From Octopus bimaculoides (lineage: Eukaryota), in the NCBI RefSeq assembly GCF_001194135.2, contig NC_068983.1, positions 154,745,905 to 154,797,479 on the forward strand: a stretch of DNA of 51,575 nucleotides. Direction: 5' to 3'. Positions 45,196 through 51,575 of this stretch are shown here, in pieces. The notes beneath the pieces were generated by a model, which was not told where the DNA came from, made no database searches, and was given only the letters and a program-made list of their open reading frames with translations. The position numbers were made by a program, and so were the translations under genes. Position 1 is the first letter of the stretch; the number at the start of each line of letters is the position of its first letter.

Positions 45196-46546
45196 GTATG
45201 TACTGATACATCATTTGGAATGGATGGCTTGCCTTCTCGTCATTCGGATATCATGAATCTGTACGATACAATCATTTAGCATTTCTGGTCTATAAACGTT
45301 CAGTTCTTCACCGAAATGTTCAATAAATTTGGACGAAATTTTACTCAGAAATTTTTAATTGAAATTTGACGGCATCTTTTACTATTATTGTCTTGGTTGC
45401 GAAACCATCTGATATGTATTATAAAATAAAACTATCAGGAAGTCACTAATCTATCAACTAGCAGTATTAGCCATTACCAAATATGGTTATTCATTTCAAA
45501 TGATCTAAAATTCTGATAGCTGCTACTCAAAAGCCTACGACCTCAGCTCATTTTCTTTAATGCTGTGTTTAGTAATAAATATGTTTCTATCTTACTAATA
45601 AGAAACAGGAGTGGACATAATATCCAGTCAGCTGGTGATTATTTTTGTATCTCACATTTTTTGACAGACACACATACATACACACTCAGACACGCACACG
45701 CACACACACACGCACACACACACACGCACACACACACGCACACAAACATACGTTTGCGTATGTGAGTCAGTATAAGTGTATATTGAGTGTGTGTATGCGT
45801 TTGTTTCAATGATCGTGTGAACAATAGGTACCAATTACTTGTTATGTAGACTCCAATTTGTTCAAAATTGGTTAGTAAGAAGAGGAAATATATTAATATT
45901 ACCAAAATTAATAATTAACCAGTAATGAGATAAGCTCACATGTCCTTGAGCAAGAATCATCAGAGTGAAGGGGGAATTGTGTTGTTTTAGATAATTTGTC
46001 GTGTATACACAATGAAAAATTTTATACTCGAGGAGTCTTAAAATGGGGAAGAGTGCTTTCAGAATGTCTTTTCCTTTAAGTCGTGTCAGGTTTTAAGAAT
46101 TCTTCCTTCTAGGAATTATCTCTTCTCATTTGAAGTTGGTTCTAAACACCACCAAGTTCTTGTTCTACTTTTTTAACAGCAGAGATAATTTTGAAGGATT
46201 CTAGAATTTATCTTGAATGATACACTATATATCATAAATTTTTCAGTCTTTGATCAATTTATGTAATTTTACAGCTGTTTAAGCCTAAAGTCAGGAGGCC
46301 TCAGAAGTGAATATAGATTTATCTAACCATGTGACTTCCATACGATTACCGCCGTTTCGCAACCTTCTTCATATAGTGTTGATTTCAGCTTTTTAAAAAT
46401 TTTTTCAGCATTAATTTTCAGTTTTATATGGATACTTAAAATTACGCTACTTCGTAATTGATTAATACGCGAACTGATAGCCGATACAGTAAAAGGTGCT
46501 AACTGTGATAACCGCACGATTCTCCGATCTATATCTTACACTCCCC

Positions 46547-46605
<59 letters not shown>

Positions 46606-46683
46606 AATACACACACATGCACATAAATACATACATGCATGCATATATTCACGCATACACAAACACACACGCAAACACACTCA

Positions 46684-46745
46684 TATGGCCGAGTGGTTAA
46701 TACGTTTATACTACTATAAAATTGGTGGTAGGGAGTTCGATCTTA
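46684..46745 (+). other. Isolated tRNA-like A/B-box remnant (SINE head or tRNA pseudogene)
   Basis: TGGCCGAGTGG (46686-46696) and GAGTTCGATCT (46733-46743) at tRNA spacing; no acceptor stem. Confidence 0.45.
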
Positions 46746-46849
46746 CTGTTTGGTATCTAGAGCCAGTGTCTGAGGAATCCTTAGTCATTTGCAGCATCTT
46801 TGACACCAATGAAAGATCCCTTTTATTTATTTACCTATTTATTTACATC

Positions 46850-47310
46850 GTCGTCAGCAATCCTTCGAGTTCGACAAGATTGATTTAACTATTATAGACT
46901 ACTCACATGAAGTTTTGTCGGTAAATGTGATATTCTCAAATCTAGTCACAGATGAATCATTTTCATTTTCTCATGTAAGGCATAACAAAATGGCCGTTGT
47001 CTTTCAGTCATTTCGCAGTGCTTTTTACAACCACATTTATCATTAAGATGTTAAGTCTGTGCTGCGTCCAAGTATTTGGCTCCCTCATACATAGTCCGTC
47101 TCCACTTGTGTCGATTATTTGCTGACAATTTCTATATATACACGTTGAGGCAACACTTTTAAAATTTCCTTTAAGTACGTCTTTGAATTGTTCCCCCTGT
47201 CTGATTTGTGTACGCTTTCTTCCTTAGGGCTGTTAATAGAATAGTTGTTGGCGCAATCAGTTTGCGATCTCACTTCAATATTAATCGAACATGTTTTTAT
47301 CGGCAGCAAT
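46850..47310 (-). mobile_element. Old RTE-clade (Bov-B-like) LINE 3' fragment
   Basis: RLRQQLFY...GRKR; FKDVLKGNFK; ANNRHKWRRTMYEGAKY; FICD. Confidence 0.6.
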
Positions 47311-47397
47311 ATTAAAAATATAGTAAAATCTTATTAATTGTATGTGTGACATTGAATACATGTATATAAGTATCTCTGTATGGCGTACATTATATAT

Positions 47398-47662
47398 AGA
47401 ATTTAAGAAACAAATTTATATAAATAAGGATAAGATCGATATTTAAATACCGATTTTATCAAGTGGCCAGCATGGGAATAAAGACCATCAAGAGGAATAA
47501 CTATTTAAAATTATAATTTAGGGTATCTAAGATATACCACCACGCTGGAAATAGCAGTCAAATTTATTGTGGTTTTAGAGTCAAGCTTTGACTGCTCTTT
47601 CCAGCGTGGTGGTATCTCTTAGATACCCTAAATTATAATTTCAAAGAATTTAAGAAACAAAT
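47398..47662. repeat. Fold-back insertion: 55-bp inverted arms inside a segment flanked by 18-bp direct repeats
   Basis: Arms 47508-47562 and 47587-47641 (2 mismatches); AGAATTTAAGAAACAAAT at 47398-47415 and 47645-47662. Confidence 0.8.
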
Positions 47663-47809
47663 ATATCTACATGAATGATGTGAGTACTATAGTTTCATAC
47701 AATTGGCCGAATATTTGCTATAAAGAAACTTCCTTAAGAATTTTTTTCCCAATCCTTCGGTAACATGAAACATCATTTATTGTGTAGGTGAATACAACCA
47801 CTGTGTAAC

Positions 47810-48095
47810 TTAATTCCCATTTCTTGGTTGATTATAGCACGGCCCAGCATGAACTAGTTGGCTACAAGCATAAATTTAATATTCATATTTATATCCTTCA
47901 TTACTGTGTCGGCAGTTACAATTCTAGCATCTAATTAATCCATCTGCTCCCCATCATTCGTGAATATGGCCACTTAATTCTCCACTTGTGTCAGTGATAA
48001 CCCACTAACATGCAGATTGTCTTGAGATGACATTCTTGAGAGGACCAATATCTCAGTCTTCTCACCATTAATCCTTATCCCTGTCTTGCATTTAG
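47810..48095 (-). mobile_element. RTE-clade (Expander/Rex3-like) LINE, inverted 5' segment
   Basis: CKTGIRINGEKTEILVLSR...LTQVE...FTNDG...LDARIVTADTVMK. Confidence 0.75.
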
Positions 48096-48635
48096 AAAAT
48101 GAGCGGTTGGTAAAAAAAAGTCACTCACTATCATCAGTTCGGTTTTCCTGATTATTCTCACCGAGGTTCGTAAATGCTGGGAAATGACCGAAACAGTTCG
48201 ATTGCGAATACAAGCGACGGAAATGGGGTACCGTTGAAAGATCTCTCCAATAGCGTTACTCGATGGGGTGCGTAGCTCGGTAATCGGGGAATTTCACCAG
48301 ATTGAGCCGCTACTTCTCTAGACTGAAAGGTTACAGCTCCAGTATTGTGGATACGAGATCAGAATGTTGTAGAAAGAATTACAAGACTGATTCTTCAACG
48401 TGAGCCAACCGGCAAGAGACCTACGGGTAGCCCAAGAAAGAGATGGCAAGGCGATATCCATAGCCTCAGTTGGTCACGATTGAGAATCTTGCTGGAAATT
48501 CTAATGACGATTGCTTCTGATAACACTCAGTGGACAAGATCCCTGAGGACTCTACCCCCACCACAACCCTCCCAGGAATGGGGAACGTTGAAAAAAGGAA
48601 GATGGATGGATGGATGGATGGATGGATGGATGGAC
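48096..48635 (+). mobile_element. RTE-clade (Expander/Rex3-like) LINE 3' segment with (GATG)n tail
   Basis: WEMTETVRLRIQATEMGY...VRSSVI...IEPLLL; GKRPTGSPRKRW...LSWSRL...LPPPQP. Confidence 0.85.
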
Positions 48636-48831
48636 CCCTCATTAATAATGTATGTCAACTGTTTTAGCATTGTGTTGTAATATTAGTTTTGCGTTGTTTC
48701 TTGGAGGGGAATGTAAAGTAATGATTTCACCACTGACATTTTCTGTGTTTATGGATGGATATTCACTGTTTCTGTATAGGGATAGATATTTATTTATACA
48801 TTTACTGTAGACGGCCGTGATATATCTGTTA

Positions 48832-48985
<154 letters not shown>

Positions 48986-49450
48986 TTATTTGGAAACAGA
49001 ATTATTGCATAGCTAGAAGTTTTATTTAGGCTGTTCTTCATATGGAATTTTAGTACTAAATTGGCTTCCAAGTCATCTTTTAATCTTTCGACAATTTCTT
49101 GTGTATCTTGATATTAACGGAAGACCTAGAAAAGAACTCTCTATTGAAATTCAGTGTGCAGAACAGTGATGAAATCTCTACTTAGAAGAGCATTTATTTA
49201 GATTCACCTCCATAAATGAAACATTATAACATTAAAAAATACAAAATAAAACAAACGCTAATCAACAACTGCGATACAAACAAACTAGCTGACCAAGCCA
49301 TACAACCTTATGGATACACATTCAACGCTTAAAATGAATTAGACAACACACTTATTAAAACTACACAAACCATGCATATGCATAAATCAAATGTACAGTA
49401 ATTACAAAATAGATTTGTTTAAATATAAAAATGCATAGAACATTGCATAA

Positions 49451-49652
49451 TGTTGTTGTTGGCACTCCGTCGCTTACGACGTCGAGGGTTCCAGTTGATC
49501 CGATCAACGAAACAGACTGCTCGGGAAATTAACGTGCAAGTGGCTGAGCACTCCACAGACACGTGTACCCTTAACGTAGTTCTCAGGAATATTCAGCGTG
49601 ACACAGTGTGACAAGGCTGACCCTTTGAATTGCAGGTACAACAGAAACAGGA
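49451..49652 (-). mobile_element. SINE tail-2 3' half ending in (CAA)n
   Basis: Matches 45015-45195 and 49797-49928. Confidence 0.88.
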
Positions 49653-49928
49653 TCATAGGATCGCGGTTTCGATTCCCAGACCGGGCGTTGTGAGTGTTTA
49701 TTGAGCGAAAACACCTAAAAGCTCCACGAGGCTCCGGCAGGGGATTGTGGTGAACCATGCTGTACTCTTCCGCCACAACTTTCTCTCACTCTTAATTCCT
49801 GTTTCTGTTGTGCCTGTAATTCAAAGGGTCAGCCTTGTCACACTGTGTCACGCTGAATATCCCCGAGAACTACGTTAAGAGTACACGTGTCTGTGGAGTG
49901 CTCAGCCACTTGCACGTTAATTTCACGA
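49653..49928 (+). mobile_element. SINE with tRNA B box, distinct middle domain and tail 2; truncated at both ends
   Basis: GGTTTCGATTCCCAGACCGGGCG, then GAGCGAAAACACCTAAAAGCTCCACGAGG middle, then tail 2. Confidence 0.85.
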
Positions 49929-50953
49929 ATTGCTAACTTCGCACTTACGTAGAGAACGCTGGATCGATCAGTTCCTACAATGTGCTGCGCTCAGTGAATA
50001 GTCACAGCCAACGCAAAAATACAGTACCATGATCACATCGCCTCGGAGGACACGTCAGGTCCCAGTTTCGATCCCACTCAGTCGAATCTTGTGTGTTTAC
50101 CCTCCAACACACACACACACACACACACAGTCCTTCAGATTGATTAAAGCTACGGTAGTGAAACTGGACAAACAGAAACAGTGAAAGCCATTCGATTGAC
50201 GATATCCGTAACTTAAAAGTCTTGGCTTGCTCCATACATTAGGCTCTTTCGGTATGAACCTTACGTCACATGCAAATAATTATAACGTGTGTATGTACAT
50301 AATTTTAACGTGTACGTACTTACGTTGGCCCAACAAGAACACTCTGCCGAAACGAACTGATGACATATCTTATATAACTATACTTAATAACATGATATGA
50401 GTTCTTTTTTCTTTCATTCTCACAGCAAAAAAATTGTGTGAATATGCACATACATGCGTGTGAGTGGGTGTATGTATAAGTAGCAATTCTATCACGAAAT
50501 AGCCATTTCAACTGGCTAAAGAATCACGAAAAACTTTTCCATTTACTTTTCATTTATTTCTTGATGCAAAAAATACTCCACATGAAACCGAGTTAACCAC
50601 CAGGTCACAGGTGTGTGACGAAAAGGTTGACACTTCAACAGATATATCAGCAGTGAATTAAGCAGATTTATTCTTTCTTGTTTCAATGTCTCAAATTACT
50701 CTTTCGCGATGCATTTGTTTCATTTCAACACATGGTCTGTGTCTCAGAGCAACTCGCTTAATACACACGTACAACATAGAAACACACACACACACACACA
50801 CACGTCAATGTGTGTGTATGTGTGTGCGTGTGTGTACGTATGCATATGTAGGTAGGAGGCAAATAGGTGTTCATATATATATGTATAATGATTATATGCA
50901 TGTATATGTGTGTATATAAATAATTATATATAATATATATTATATGTATATAA

Positions 50954-50993
<40 letters not shown>

Positions 50994-51039
50994 CAATACA
51001 TATATAATCACTACAATATATATAATAAACATGTCATAT

Positions 51040-51262
51040 ATACATAATACACATACATACATATATATCTAAAAATATAGATATATACACACACATGTGA
51101 TATGCATATATGTTTGCAAGCATGCTTGTAATAAATGTGTGTGTGTGTACATGCATATATACATGTATGTATGTATGCAGGTATGTATGCATGTATGTAT
51201 GTACGTATGTATGTATGTATGTATGTGTGTATGTATGTATGTATGTATGTATGTATGTATGC
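51040..51262. repeat. (CATA)n/(TATG)n microsatellite block
   Basis: Direct inspection. Confidence 0.93.
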
Positions 51263-51575
51263 TCGTATATAAACGTGAGACAAAAAGCAGAGAACAAAGT
51301 TTCTTTGTATGCAAAAAAAAAAAAATGGAAAGAAAAATGAAAAATTATTTTCACACAGTTGGCTCATACTTCAAAAGTGCTTTAGTGAAAATAGTAAGAC
51401 ATGAAATAAAAAGAAAAAGAAATCCTAGCAATATTAATAGTAACGAAAAGAACATTAATAACAATAAAGAATGGTGTAGGAAATATATCCTGTTGAGTTA
51501 ATGTATAGTTGGAATTGTCACAAATGTGACTTTGATTTCCTTCAGATATTGTTGGAGATGTTCGCATATATATAT

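Noticed and set aside
50040-50090. B-box-like GGTCCCAGTTTCGATCCC
   Set aside because: No A box at suitable spacing and no match to other repeats in the window.

Overview
Repeat-saturated, AT-rich eukaryotic DNA from a gapped draft assembly (10 N-runs). I found no supportable host protein-coding gene; nearly all six-frame ORFs are translations of microsatellites or N-runs. From memory, the SINE and repeat sequences resemble those of octopus (coleoid cephalopod) genomes; this is inference, not a database result. All recognisable coding remnants are transposable elements: five pieces of an R4/Dong-like restriction-endonuclease LINE; two tandem Tx1/L1-clade copies; two RTE-clade LINEs; five or six old CR1/Jockey-group fragments; two Penelope-like elements (PLEs) plus pLTR remnants; a FLYWCH-MULE with TIRs and TSD nested in one PLE; mariner, maT (DD37D) and hAT elements/MITEs; and about 19 tRNA-derived SINE copies in three head families (my labels A, B, C). 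Best leads: (1) the 3' tail of one SINE-B form matches the 3' end of the Tx1 LINE at 35/44 nt, suggesting a SINE-Tx1 partnership; (2) a PLE whose 3' region reads ORF, tRNA-like Pol III cassette, (TAA)n, then a hammerhead-bearing tail; (3) a near-canonical minimal hammerhead ribozyme at 17680-17717; (4) junction evidence that the R4/Dong-like LINE associates with (TACA)n and the Tx1 with (GATA)n. All alignments and translations were done by eye; boundaries of old elements are approximate.
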